Positions 28,858-38,638 of a stretch of 64,000 nt of DNA are shown here, one piece after another. Every line of letters begins with the position of its first letter. The stretch's first letter is position 1. The translations under genes were made by a program, and so were the position numbers. Where the stretch lies: NCBI GenBank assembly GCA_016839555.1, contig JAEOUA010000008.1, forward strand, positions 32,001 through 96,000, read 5' to 3'. Below the pieces are notes generated by a model. The model was not told the DNA's origin and did no database searches. It was given only the letters and a program-made list of their open reading frames with translations. The DNA is from Promethearchaeota archaeon. GTDB lineage: Archaea; Asgardarchaeota; Lokiarchaeia; Sigyniarchaeales; SOKP01.

Positions 28858-30234
28858 ATGGAACAGCAAACCTTTGGAAAAGTACAGAAATGGTCTTTCG
28901 GATTGGGTTCATATGCGCAATGGTTCATAAACGGTGCGTTTAATACGTGGGTTTTTTCATTCTATTTCTCCGCAGTGAGACTAAATGTTATATATCTAAT
29001 GATAGCTTTTGTCTGTTGGACATTCTGGAATGCAATAAACGATCCTTTAATAGGTTATCTCTCTGACAAAACACATACTAGATTCGGTCGCCGTAAACCG
29101 TTCATTATGATTGGATCAATCCCAATATTGATAATAGAAATAATGATATGGCTTCCCAGACCAGGGAGTGATCTCATTAACTTCATTTATCTTTTAATTA
29201 TGCTAATTTGTTATGATACTTTTTATACTATGGTGGCATTACCATTTGATTCTCTCTTTCCTGAGTTATATACCTCTGTAGAGGAGCGCGCTGAAGTAAA
29301 CACAATCAAACAAGTGATGGCAACAGTTGGATTAATAATGGCATTTCTGATTCCGGGTATCTTTATTGGTAGAATATCTGATCCTTCCGGATATTTAACA
29401 AATGGGATTGTTACTTCTATTTGTGTAGGAATAGCATTACTTCTTTCCCTAAAATATGGGGTAAGAGAGCGTGAAGAGTTCAAAATGGATCATATGCATG
29501 GATTTAACTTCTTTGATAGTTTAAAATATACCTTAAAGAATAGAGGGTTTATCCTGTATACACTTATGTTTTTCCTTTATGAATACCTTACTTTAGTATT
29601 AAGTACAACAGTGCCTTTATATGGTGATGAAATTTTAAACGTAGGGACATTTATGACATCAATTCTTTTAGGGCTTCTATTTATTGTTGGAATTGCAACT
29701 GTGATTATATGGATGAAATTAGACGTGAAATTAGGTAGCAGGAAAGTGTATGCTATTTCGATTCTTGCTTATTTTGTCGCTAGCTTACCTATTCTCTTTA
29801 TTGATGAGTTTATTTTCGCTTTAATTACAGTGATATTTATGGGATTTGGTTTCGGGGGGATGCTTTACTTTATTTATTTACTCATCGCAGATGTAATTGA
29901 TGAGGATGAATTAAAAACAGGTGTCCGAAGAGAAGGTACTTTCTTTGGAGTTACTAATTTCTTCATGCGTTTAGCGATGGTAGCTTCAATCCTAACTGTT
30001 GGGTCGATGTTTATTTCCACTGGCTGGGAGGAGTGGGTACCCAATCCTAATATTGATACACTTTTAGCTTTAAGATTATTAATTGTTGTTGTTCCTGGCA
30101 TCGCCTTAGGAATAACAGCTTTATGTTTGTACTTCTATCCATTCCCAAAAGAAAAAGTAGACAATATAAAACTCCAACTTAAAGAGTTGCATGATCAAAA
30201 AAGAGATAAAGTAAGATCACAAATAAAACCATAA
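28858..30234 (+). CDS. MFS transporter, glycoside-pentoside-hexuronide (MelB-like) family
   Basis: WNAINDPLIGYLSDKTHTRFGRRKPF, ADVIDEDELKTGVRREG. Confidence 0.92.
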   Translation: MEQQTFGKVQKWSFGLGSYAQWFINGAFNTWVFSFYFSAVRLNVIYLMIAFVCWTFWNAINDPLIGYLSDKTHTRFGRRKPFIMIGSIPILIIEIMIWLPRPGSDLINFIYLLIMLICYDTFYTMVALPFDSLFPELYTSVEERAEVNTIKQVMATVGLIMAFLIPGIFIGRISDPSGYLTNGIVTSICVGIALLLSLKYGVREREEFKMDHMHGFNFFDSLKYTLKNRGFILYTLMFFLYEYLTLVLSTTVPLYGDEILNVGTFMTSILLGLLFIVGIATVIIWMKLDVKLGSRKVYAISILAYFVASLPILFIDEFIFALITVIFMGFGFGGMLYFIYLLIADVIDEDELKTGVRREGTFFGVTNFFMRLAMVASILTVGSMFISTGWEEWVPNPNIDTLLALRLLIVVVPGIALGITALCLYFYPFPKEKVDNIKLQLKELHDQKRDKVRSQIKP

Positions 30235-30353
30235 TCAAAAATTTTTTTCTTGATTTCTTTATTTTATTTAATAGTTTTTTTTAATTTGTTGAATTTTATT
30301 AATATACTGAGTATATATTTTATTAAAAAATATCATAATTCATTTGTGTTATA

Positions 30354-30773
30354 ATGCAATTTGAAAAAATTATTTCAGCAATAAAAGATAAAGTCTCGGA
30401 GAAGGATGAGATTATTGCTGCATATCTGTTTGGATCTTCTTTACATAATAAAGAATATGAAGATATAGATATTGGAATTCTTTTAGATGAATCTTTTAAA
30501 CCCGATTATTTATATGAAATAAATTTAACCAAGATTTTAGAGGAATATTTTAAAAACAAATTGAATAATTACATTCAATTCGATATTCATATTCTGAACA
30601 ATCAAAATCTGAGATTCCTCTTTGGTATTCTACAGAATGCAATGTTAATAATATCTAAGAATGATAAAAAAAGAGCGAAATTCGAATCTCAAGTTATTAT
30701 TCGTTATTTGGATATTAAACCTCTTTATGAATATTATGATAAGATGAGGAAATTACGATATGCAAATCGATAA
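30354..30773 (+). CDS. Nucleotidyltransferase antitoxin (MntA-like)
   Basis: AYLFGS...DIDIGI, FDIHILN. Confidence 0.9.
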   Translation: MQFEKIISAIKDKVSEKDEIIAAYLFGSSLHNKEYEDIDIGILLDESFKPDYLYEINLTKILEEYFKNKLNNYIQFDIHILNNQNLRFLFGILQNAMLIISKNDKKRAKFESQVIIRYLDIKPLYEYYDKMRKLRYANR

Positions 30774-31176
30774 AAATCTTATTCAAGGAAAAATTGATGT
30801 CATAGAAAGAGACTTAAAATTTCTTAAAGGATATAAAAAGTTATCGATTAAAGAGTTTTTAAATAATTTTAAAGATATCCAAGCTGTTAAATACTCACTA
30901 TTAGAAATAATTGAAGCTTGTATTGATATTGGTGCTCATCTGATATCTATTTATAATTTAGAGAGACCAAAGACTTATGCCGAAATATTTGAACTTTTAG
31001 GGCAAAACGAAATAATAAATTTAAAATTAAGTAAAAATTTGACAAATATGGCTCGATTTAGGAATGTTTTAGTCCATATTTATAATAAAGTAAACGATTC
31101 AAAAATCTTAGAATATGTTAAAAAGGATTTAGAGAATGTTAAAGATTTTATTAAATCTGTACTCGTTCTTAGTTAA
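30760..31176 (+). CDS. HEPN RNase toxin (HepT-like, DUF86)
   Basis: IEACIDIG, P.TYAEIF, RNVLVHIY (R-x4-H-x-Y). Confidence 0.9.
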   Translation: MQIDKNLIQGKIDVIERDLKFLKGYKKLSIKEFLNNFKDIQAVKYSLLEIIEACIDIGAHLISIYNLERPKTYAEIFELLGQNEIINLKLSKNLTNMARFRNVLVHIYNKVNDSKILEYVKKDLENVKDFIKSVLVLS

Positions 31177-31258
31177 TTAAATTTAAATCTAGATTATTAA
31201 ATATTAATTATAATTTTTTAATGTAATTGAAACCAGATATTATTTATCGAGTTAGAAA

Positions 31259-32554
31259 TTAAAGTTGTTTTAGTGCTTGATCCAAGTCCTCAATTAAGTC
31301 TTGCGGATCTTCTAATCCGACGGATAATCGGAAATGAGTATCAGAAATATTCATTGAGCGTTTTTCCCAAGATGCAAGGTCTATTCCTGTCATTAATGAG
31401 GTATATTCTATTAATGAAGTGGTATCTCCAAGAGAAACTCCCACTTTAATTTGATCCAAAAGTTCAATGAATTTATTACTCTTTTCAATAGATTCCAGCT
31501 CGAAACCAATCATACCGCCGAAATTTTTCATTTGTTTTTGCGCAATCTGATGATGAGGATGAGATTTTAATCCCGGATAAACCGTGTTATATACTTTTTC
31601 ATGATTGTCCAAATATTGTGCAATTTTCATAGCATTTGAACTATGCCGTTTCATTCTCATTCCAAGGGTTCTTACCCCTCTTAAAATCAACCACGCATTA
31701 AAAGGACTTAATACAGCTCCTTGAGTTTCTAACCAATAATATCTGATGTCTCTCAAAACTTTTTTAGGGCCTAAAATGGCACCCCCTAAACAATCCCCAT
31801 GTCCATTGATATATTTTGTAAGACTTTCTACAACGAGATCAGCACCTAATTTTATAGGTTGTTGTAAAGCAGGAGATGCCCATGTATTATCAACGATACA
31901 CTTTCCATTATTTTCATGAATTATATTTGCACAAGCCTTAATATCAATAATATCAACGGTTGGATTTGCAGGAGTTTCAACGAATAAAAGCTTTGTATTT
32001 TCATCTACAGCATTTTTCACATCCTCTAAATTGTTTAAATTAACCCTTCTTGCTTCAATTCCCATTTGAGGATATATTTTCGTAAATAATCGAAAAGACC
32101 CAGTATATTGATTCTTATGAATTACCATATTTGGAATTATTTCAGGCTTTGTTTGAGGATATAATTCTTTAATTTTTTTAGGTCTTATACGCTCTACTCG
32201 CTGTTGTAATACACTCATACAAGCTAAATGGATTGAAGCCATACCAGAAGCAACTGATAACCCCGATTCAGCTCCATGTAGTGTGGCAAGCTTTTTATCT
32301 AAAGCATATAAAGTAGGATTTTCTGTTCTAGAGTAATAATAATGATTTTTCACAAGCTCAGATAAAGAATCATATACATATGACTTTGTTGCATATATAG
32401 GAGTTCGTAGACTATGAGAAGTTTCAGGATAAGGATCTTCCCCGGCAGATATTAATTTCGTATTGAAACGCAGTCTATCCCATTTTTCACGCAATTCTTT
32501 TTCTTTTTGGCTTTTTGGTTCATCAATTTCTTTTTTCTCTATAAAAATCACCAT
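31259..32554 (-). CDS. PLP-dependent trans-sulfuration enzyme (methionine gamma-lyase / cystathionine lyase family)
   Basis: YSRTENPT, ASGMA, ETPANP, VDNTW, SLTKYINGHGD, RLSVGLED. Confidence 0.9.
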   Translation of the reverse strand: MVIFIEKKEIDEPKSQKEKELREKWDRLRFNTKLISAGEDPYPETSHSLRTPIYATKSYVYDSLSELVKNHYYYSRTENPTLYALDKKLATLHGAESGLSVASGMASIHLACMSVLQQRVERIRPKKIKELYPQTKPEIIPNMVIHKNQYTGSFRLFTKIYPQMGIEARRVNLNNLEDVKNAVDENTKLLFVETPANPTVDIIDIKACANIIHENNGKCIVDNTWASPALQQPIKLGADLVVESLTKYINGHGDCLGGAILGPKKVLRDIRYYWLETQGAVLSPFNAWLILRGVRTLGMRMKRHSSNAMKIAQYLDNHEKVYNTVYPGLKSHPHHQIAQKQMKNFGGMIGFELESIEKSNKFIELLDQIKVGVSLGDTTSLIEYTSLMTGIDLASWEKRSMNISDTHFRLSVGLEDPQDLIEDLDQALKQL

Positions 32555-32647
32555 TAAAAGTTCAATTTTATTTCAATTTATTAATTTATTTTTTATTTAC
32601 AATATAATTTGGTATAATTATTGTAAGTTATTTAGAAGAATTTTAGT

Positions 32648-34159
32648 CTATAGATCTTTTCCAGGTACATCTAAGGACCCCTCTTCCTCGTCCATTCCTT
32701 CTAATTTTCTGTAATCATCCATAGTTCGGGCAGATATGATTTTTAAATATTCTTTAAGCTCCTCATCCACATTATCTGAATAACCTGGTCCTTGTTGAGT
32801 ATCAAGGATCTCCTTTACTTTTTCCCCCGCTCTTTCTATAATATCTTTCGAACCTTCTTTTGTCCATTTTCCTCTTCTTTCCCTATCCATTAATTGTGGT
32901 ACAAATAACTCTTTTCTCGTATTTTTTGCGGTATGTTTCAACATTAAATAAGCTTTATCAGTATTAGCAACTTCTTTTATTTGTTCGATAGCAAGTGAAT
33001 TTTCATCCACTTTTATTCCCTCTATTCCTCTCTTGACAATACTACATAATTCATCATCTATAACTAATAATTCCAATGCTTCGGAAAGGGATGATTCATA
33101 GGTTCCAGCACAGGTGATATAGTTGATACCCGCCTTTGCAGAACAGAATAATGTTATTAATCTTTCAGCTCCATTTTGGATATCAAAACATTTAGATTCC
33201 GTAACACATCCAGGTCCTCTAGAAGGAATCTTATAATATCTTGCTAATTGTGCATGAGCAGCAGATATCAAACCGGTTTCTATAGAACCCCAAGCTACAT
33301 TTCCAGTCGGAGGATCCATAATACTATTCATTGTGGAATAAAATACAGGTGTATTAGGATTAATTAATTGGGTTAACACAATAGAGGATAAAATTTCCAT
33401 ATTGGATTGAAGCAATAATCCGGCTAGGGTGACTGGAGCAGTAGAACCCGCATTAGCCGCGGGAGCAATAATTATAGGTTGGTTATATTTCGCAAATACA
33501 AAAAGACCATTTAGCATAACCTTTGTAAGCCTAAGGGGACTTGTAGGATTGAAAAAGGAGATTAGTCGAGGTCTCTTTTTTAATTCCTCTTCACCTCCTA
33601 CTATTATTGAGGCAATTTTCATCATGTCTAATGAGGCTGTTCTACCATAACATCCCAGACCATAGGGTTTATAACTATGATTTCCCCATGCATACATTGT
33701 ATGCCAATGGAGTTCGGTAAATTTCACATCATTTGGCCAGACATCTACATGTGAACAATTAATATGTTTTAATGTGTCAACGATCCGTATTTGTTTGATA
33801 GTATCCTCCAGAAGTGATTTTCTTACTTCTTTCTTATGGGACCGATCATAGATTTTGATGGGTGTGCCCACAGTCGCAAAATTGACCGATTTCGTATCGA
33901 TATCTAATCTGAAGGAGCCGTCAGGACCCCATAGAGAAAACGAATCTGGAACTTTCTTTAATTGTTCCATAACTAATTCTTCTGGAAATTTTACAAAATG
34001 CTTATTATTATTTTCAATGATTGCGCCATTTTCTTTCAATAAGGTTCTCGCTTCTTCAGTTTCGACTTTAACTCCAATTTCTTGTAATAAAGTTAACGTA
34101 TTATCATGTATTTGCTCGATCTCATCTAGAGATAATACTTTCATATAGTTTGTTTTCAT
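32648..34159 (-). CDS. Trimethylamine methyltransferase (MttB) superfamily, non-pyrrolysine
   Basis: NPTSPL, GSTAPVTLAG, GSIETGL, SKCFDIQNGAER; no internal TAG. Confidence 0.92.
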   Translation of the reverse strand: MKTNYMKVLSLDEIEQIHDNTLTLLQEIGVKVETEEARTLLKENGAIIENNNKHFVKFPEELVMEQLKKVPDSFSLWGPDGSFRLDIDTKSVNFATVGTPIKIYDRSHKKEVRKSLLEDTIKQIRIVDTLKHINCSHVDVWPNDVKFTELHWHTMYAWGNHSYKPYGLGCYGRTASLDMMKIASIIVGGEEELKKRPRLISFFNPTSPLRLTKVMLNGLFVFAKYNQPIIIAPAANAGSTAPVTLAGLLLQSNMEILSSIVLTQLINPNTPVFYSTMNSIMDPPTGNVAWGSIETGLISAAHAQLARYYKIPSRGPGCVTESKCFDIQNGAERLITLFCSAKAGINYITCAGTYESSLSEALELLVIDDELCSIVKRGIEGIKVDENSLAIEQIKEVANTDKAYLMLKHTAKNTRKELFVPQLMDRERRGKWTKEGSKDIIERAGEKVKEILDTQQGPGYSDNVDEELKEYLKIISARTMDDYRKLEGMDEEEGSLDVPGKDL

Positions 34160-34306
34160 TTTATATCTATTTTTCCTTAAAGAAAAAAAAAGAAAATTTT
34201 TCTTTTCTTATTTAATTTTTATGTTAAAATAGTATTAATTATTAATTTAATTCTTTATTTTATTTTACTACCTAATGATTTAAATAAAAAAGCCTAAAGG
34301 ATATAT

Positions 34307-34954
34307 ATGAGTAGATATCAGGAAGAAATTTATAATGCGATTTTAAATTATGACGAAGAAAGATTAAAAACCATCTGTAAATCCGCTCTTGATAATAATA
34401 AAATAAAACCCATCGAATTGGTAAAAATTATTAGCGATATTATGAGCGAGTATGGAGAAAAATTCGAAAAAGAAGAGATTATGCTTCCAGAACTTATTGT
34501 TGTTGCCAATATTGTAAAAAGCACTATTGATGAAATAATAGACCCTGCCATACGTGCTAGCGGAGAAAAACGTGAAACTAAAGGTAAAATTGTGATTGGA
34601 ACTGTTGAAAGCGATGTTCATTCAATAGGAAAAGATTTAGTAGCTTCTTTTCTTTTTTCCAATGGATATGAAGTCTATAATTTGGGTGTCGATGTCCCGG
34701 CAGCTAAATTCCTTGAAAAAGCAGAAGAAGTAAATGCTGATATTATAGGTCTATCAAGTCTAATTACTTTATCATTAGATTTTCAAAAACAAGTGATTGA
34801 TGTATTAAAAAAGAGAGGAGTACGAGATAAATACAAAGTTATTGTGGGAGGTGCTCCTACATCTGCTGACTGGGCGAAAAAAATAGGAGCAGATGCATGG
34901 GCTGATGATTCTCTTGATGCTGTAAAAAAAGTAAATGAATTATTAAAAAAATAA
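34307..34954 (+). CDS. Corrinoid (B12-binding) methyl-carrier protein
   Basis: GTVESDVHSIGK (DxHxxG), LGVDVP, GLSSL, IVGGAP. Confidence 0.95.
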   Translation: MSRYQEEIYNAILNYDEERLKTICKSALDNNKIKPIELVKIISDIMSEYGEKFEKEEIMLPELIVVANIVKSTIDEIIDPAIRASGEKRETKGKIVIGTVESDVHSIGKDLVASFLFSNGYEVYNLGVDVPAAKFLEKAEEVNADIIGLSSLITLSLDFQKQVIDVLKKRGVRDKYKVIVGGAPTSADWAKKIGADAWADDSLDAVKKVNELLKK

Positions 34955-34977
34955 ATTTATCCGTGTGATGATGTAAA

Positions 34978-36498
34978 ATGAAACTAAACCAAATTAAGAT
35001 CTTAACAAATGATGAAATTGAAACCATTCATAATGCAACCATAGAACTTCTCTCAAAAGTTGGCATTAAAATGGATTGTAAAGATATCCAAAAGCTTATG
35101 CAAGAATACGGAGCAGAGGTAAATAAAGATTCTGATTTTGTGAAAATTCCTGAGTTTTTAGTTAATGAAATGATGAAAAAAGTGCCAGATTCCTTTACGC
35201 TACATGGTCCCGATGGTTCTTTTAACTTTGAGGTAAATACAACTTCTACTCAATACGCGACTATTGGAACTCCGGTGAAAATATACGATCCTAATAAAAA
35301 AAAGGGAGTAAGAAAGACCATCTTGGATGATACTATCAAACAAATTCGGATCGTTGACACATTAAAACATATTAATTGTTCACATGTAGATGTCTGGCCA
35401 AATGATGTGAAATATACCGCCATACATGCTCATGCTATGTATCAATGGGTTAAAAACACTCGAAAGCCATACGGTTTAGGTTGTTTTGGGAAATTACCCT
35501 CTCAGGATATGATGAATATGGCATCTATTGCATGTGGTGGGGATGAGGAATTGAAAAAAAACCCTAGATTGGTTGGTTTTTTTAGTACCACAAGTCCTTT
35601 ACATTTTCCAAAAATTATGACGAATGGATTTGAGGTTTTTGCGAAATACAACCAACCTACAATTATTGCCCCTGAAGCTCTCGCTGGTGCATCGGCACCC
35701 GTCACGTTAGCAGGTCTTCTTACCGAAATTAATGCTGAAAATCTCGGAGGTGCAGTCTTAGCTCAAATATTTAATCCAGGAGCACCATTATTTTATGGAA
35801 ATGTCTCACATATAATGGACATGAAAACGGGTAATTCTGCGATGGGTTCTATAGAAACTGGCTTGATAAGTGCAGCAGTTGCACAATTAGGACAATATTA
35901 TGGATACCCTTCGAGAAGTCCTGGAGCAGTTACAGACTCGAAAGTATTGGATCTTCAAAATGGAATCGAGCGCATGGAGACGCTTCTGTTGGCTACTCAA
36001 GCAGGAATAAATTATATTACTTGTGCAGGAACCTACGAGGCTACTTTAGTTGAAGCTTTAGAATTATTATTAATAGATGATGATTTAGTTGGAATGGTGA
36101 AAAGAGCATTAGAAGGAATTGAAGTGAATGAAGAGACTATTGCATTAGACATAATTGAAAAAGTTGCGACAAGTGATATAAAAGGCGCTTCATTCTTAGG
36201 AGAACTCCATACTATCAAACACATGAAAAAGGAGTTATATATGCCGAACTTAATGGATAGAAAGAGAAGATCTACGTGGTGGAAAGAGGGAGGTAAAAAT
36301 ATTATAGAAAGAGCACGAGAGAAGGTAGAAGAGGTGCTCAAAACTCATAAACGACCCGAAATTTCGCAAGATATTGATAATGAATTTAAAGCTTATATTA
36401 AAGAAGTAGAATCCAGATCTTTACAAGATTATATGAAGGTAGAAGGTTTAGAATCAGCTTCGGCACCTGTCCCTGGAACAGAGATAAAAGAAGATTAA
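34978..36498 (+). CDS. MttB superfamily methyltransferase, non-pyrrolysine, paralogue
   Basis: TTSPL, GASAPVTLAG, DSKVLDLQNGIER; long identical stretches shared with 32648..34159. Confidence 0.92.
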   Translation: MKLNQIKILTNDEIETIHNATIELLSKVGIKMDCKDIQKLMQEYGAEVNKDSDFVKIPEFLVNEMMKKVPDSFTLHGPDGSFNFEVNTTSTQYATIGTPVKIYDPNKKKGVRKTILDDTIKQIRIVDTLKHINCSHVDVWPNDVKYTAIHAHAMYQWVKNTRKPYGLGCFGKLPSQDMMNMASIACGGDEELKKNPRLVGFFSTTSPLHFPKIMTNGFEVFAKYNQPTIIAPEALAGASAPVTLAGLLTEINAENLGGAVLAQIFNPGAPLFYGNVSHIMDMKTGNSAMGSIETGLISAAVAQLGQYYGYPSRSPGAVTDSKVLDLQNGIERMETLLLATQAGINYITCAGTYEATLVEALELLLIDDDLVGMVKRALEGIEVNEETIALDIIEKVATSDIKGASFLGELHTIKHMKKELYMPNLMDRKRRSTWWKEGGKNIIERAREKVEEVLKTHKRPEISQDIDNEFKAYIKEVESRSLQDYMKVEGLESASAPVPGTEIKED

Positions 36499-36526
36499 GC
36501 ATATTAAAAATTAAGGTTTTAGTAAA

Positions 36527-37522
36527 ATGATGAGTATTTATGACCATCTTTCACAAGAATCTCCTTGGTCTTGTTTTTTTGCTATAGAATCTTATATAAA
36601 AGCTCTTCACATAGAATTAACCGCAGAGAATCAAATAAAAGCTTTGATAAATTATCAAAAAGATTATAATTTTGATTTAATATTTCCAAGGATGGATTTG
36701 GATGAATATGTAGATTTTATTTCTAAGGTGAAAACAAAAAAAGAGGAAATTTCCAAAAGTAAAGATTGGGTGAATATTAGCCCCGAAAAGATTTTTAATG
36801 TTCCAAATATGCCTCAGATATCGAAATCATCAACCTACCAGATATTAAAAGCAATTAGAGATTATAAAAGTACTGGGAATACATTTAAGTATATAGGTGG
36901 ATTTATTCCGGCTCCATATACTTTAGTATCTTTAGTGCTAGACTTGCAAACAGTTTCAGAATTAGTCATTTTTGAACCAGAATTTATTAGAAAGATGGTA
37001 GAATTTATAACACCGATTATTGAACAATATGCAAAAGTTTTAAGTAGTTTTGTAGACACTTTTTTTATTTTGGCTCCCAGCGAATGTACTATTATGAAAA
37101 AATCGTACATTAATCTTGTCCAAAAAAGTATGAATCAACTAATTCACTATTGCGTTTCTGAATTGAATATCCCAACGATAATGCATATGTGTGCTACAAA
37201 AAACAAAAATATAGTTAATGAAGAGATTATAAAGCCTATGAAAAAAGCAGGAATCTGTGGGTTGAATATTCCTAATATTACTGAAAATATTCCTTTAGCT
37301 CAAAAATATGATTTAATTTTATGCGGAGGGATCGATCCCGTCCAAATTCAATTAGAACCATTTGAGAAGACTTGTAAAATAATTTCATCCTTATTAAATA
37401 AAACTATATCAATGAAATTTATTTTAGCTACCAATTGCCAGATTAAATGGGCTCCTGATCAAATATCTTCTGAGGACTTAATCAATCTTTTCTTTAAATT
37501 GCTGTCTATAGCAAAGAATTAA
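36527..37522 (+). CDS. Divergent MtaA/MtbA-like (URO-D fold) methylcobamide:thiol methyltransferase
   Basis: APYTL, Zn-type H-x-C (HMC), GGIDP, ILATNC; follows MttB. Confidence 0.7.
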   Translation: MMSIYDHLSQESPWSCFFAIESYIKALHIELTAENQIKALINYQKDYNFDLIFPRMDLDEYVDFISKVKTKKEEISKSKDWVNISPEKIFNVPNMPQISKSSTYQILKAIRDYKSTGNTFKYIGGFIPAPYTLVSLVLDLQTVSELVIFEPEFIRKMVEFITPIIEQYAKVLSSFVDTFFILAPSECTIMKKSYINLVQKSMNQLIHYCVSELNIPTIMHMCATKNKNIVNEEIIKPMKKAGICGLNIPNITENIPLAQKYDLILCGGIDPVQIQLEPFEKTCKIISSLLNKTISMKFILATNCQIKWAPDQISSEDLINLFFKLLSIAKN

Positions 37523-37648
37523 TTTCTTTATTAAAGCTTGAAATAAATAATTTTGGAATATTTTATAGCAATAAAAATATTTTGAGTTAAAATGAAGTTC
37601 CAGCTTAATAAAAAAGCTATGTTTTTGTCATGCCAAAAAAATAATAGG

Positions 37649-38617
37649 TTATTCAGTTAATAATTCGACTAAATCTTTTAGTTGAGGCTTTATACGGGCT
37701 CTTTTACCGAATACCTTTATAAACCAATAACAATCGGGGCAATAATACGTAACATAATCTCCTTTATAATCTTCTACTCTAAGCTTAGCTATTTTTTCAG
37801 CAACATCTTTTCGTAATTGATGACCAACCCCTCCTCCACAACAAAAAAGTGGAATATCCATAATTTCATATCCTGAATCATTTAAAAGATGTTCAATTTC
37901 AGTTTTAATCTCTGGCATACAATCATATATTAAAGGACATGCATGTTGAATACTTACTTTTCCCGATTTTTTATTCAATAGTGGCGTTAAATATTTAGTA
38001 TAATATTCAATTTCAATACCTAAATTATTATAATGTTTTTCAAATACCATGTAACAACTAGGACAGACAGTGATAATTTTTTTAAAGCCCTTCTCCATGA
38101 AAATCTTCTTATTTCTCGCAACAAGTTTATCATACGTGCTTATATCTCCTGTTACTAGAATAGGATAAGCGCAACATATTTCCTTTTCTAAAGTAGTAAA
38201 TCTAATTCCTTTTTTAAAGAGATAATTTGCTATATGAGCTCCGTATTGAGGTGTTTTAACGCTTACAAAACAACCAAAATATAATAAGGTATCAGATTTT
38301 TTTGGGAGTGCTTTTGGAAATTTGATTCTGCTTTTTGCGTCTTTATAAGGACTTCCATATTCTTCAAATATTTTTTTGGTTTTCTTTAAACCTTCTATTT
38401 TATTTCCATCTTTCAAAAATTTTTGTTTGAGTAAGATTCGCTCGTCAGAAGTCCCACATTCCCTGCAATGAATACAACTATAGAGTTTATAATAATCTTC
38501 TTGAGTAAATTTATATTCATCCTTTTTACAGAGAAGCTCGTGAACCTCTTCATTCGTAATAAAGTTTTCAGGTTCAACCTCTTGCGCAGGATAAGCCCTT
38601 TCCTTCTTTTCTTCCAT
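37649..38617 (-). CDS. CCG-domain Fe-S protein (HdrB/D, GlpC-like)
   Basis: CIHCREC, YFGC, EICCA, CPSC, QHAC, CCGGG, YCPDC. Confidence 0.85.
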   Translation of the reverse strand: MEEKKERAYPAQEVEPENFITNEEVHELLCKKDEYKFTQEDYYKLYSCIHCRECGTSDERILLKQKFLKDGNKIEGLKKTKKIFEEYGSPYKDAKSRIKFPKALPKKSDTLLYFGCFVSVKTPQYGAHIANYLFKKGIRFTTLEKEICCAYPILVTGDISTYDKLVARNKKIFMEKGFKKIITVCPSCYMVFEKHYNNLGIEIEYYTKYLTPLLNKKSGKVSIQHACPLIYDCMPEIKTEIEHLLNDSGYEIMDIPLFCCGGGVGHQLRKDVAEKIAKLRVEDYKGDYVTYYCPDCYWFIKVFGKRARIKPQLKDLVELLTE

Positions 38618-38638
38618 ATGGGATCAACAGCATACAAA

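Noticed and set aside
32648-36498. Pyrrolysine recoding in the MttB genes
   Set aside because: No internal TAG; the TAG at 32648 is at the expected C-terminus by comparison with the paralogue
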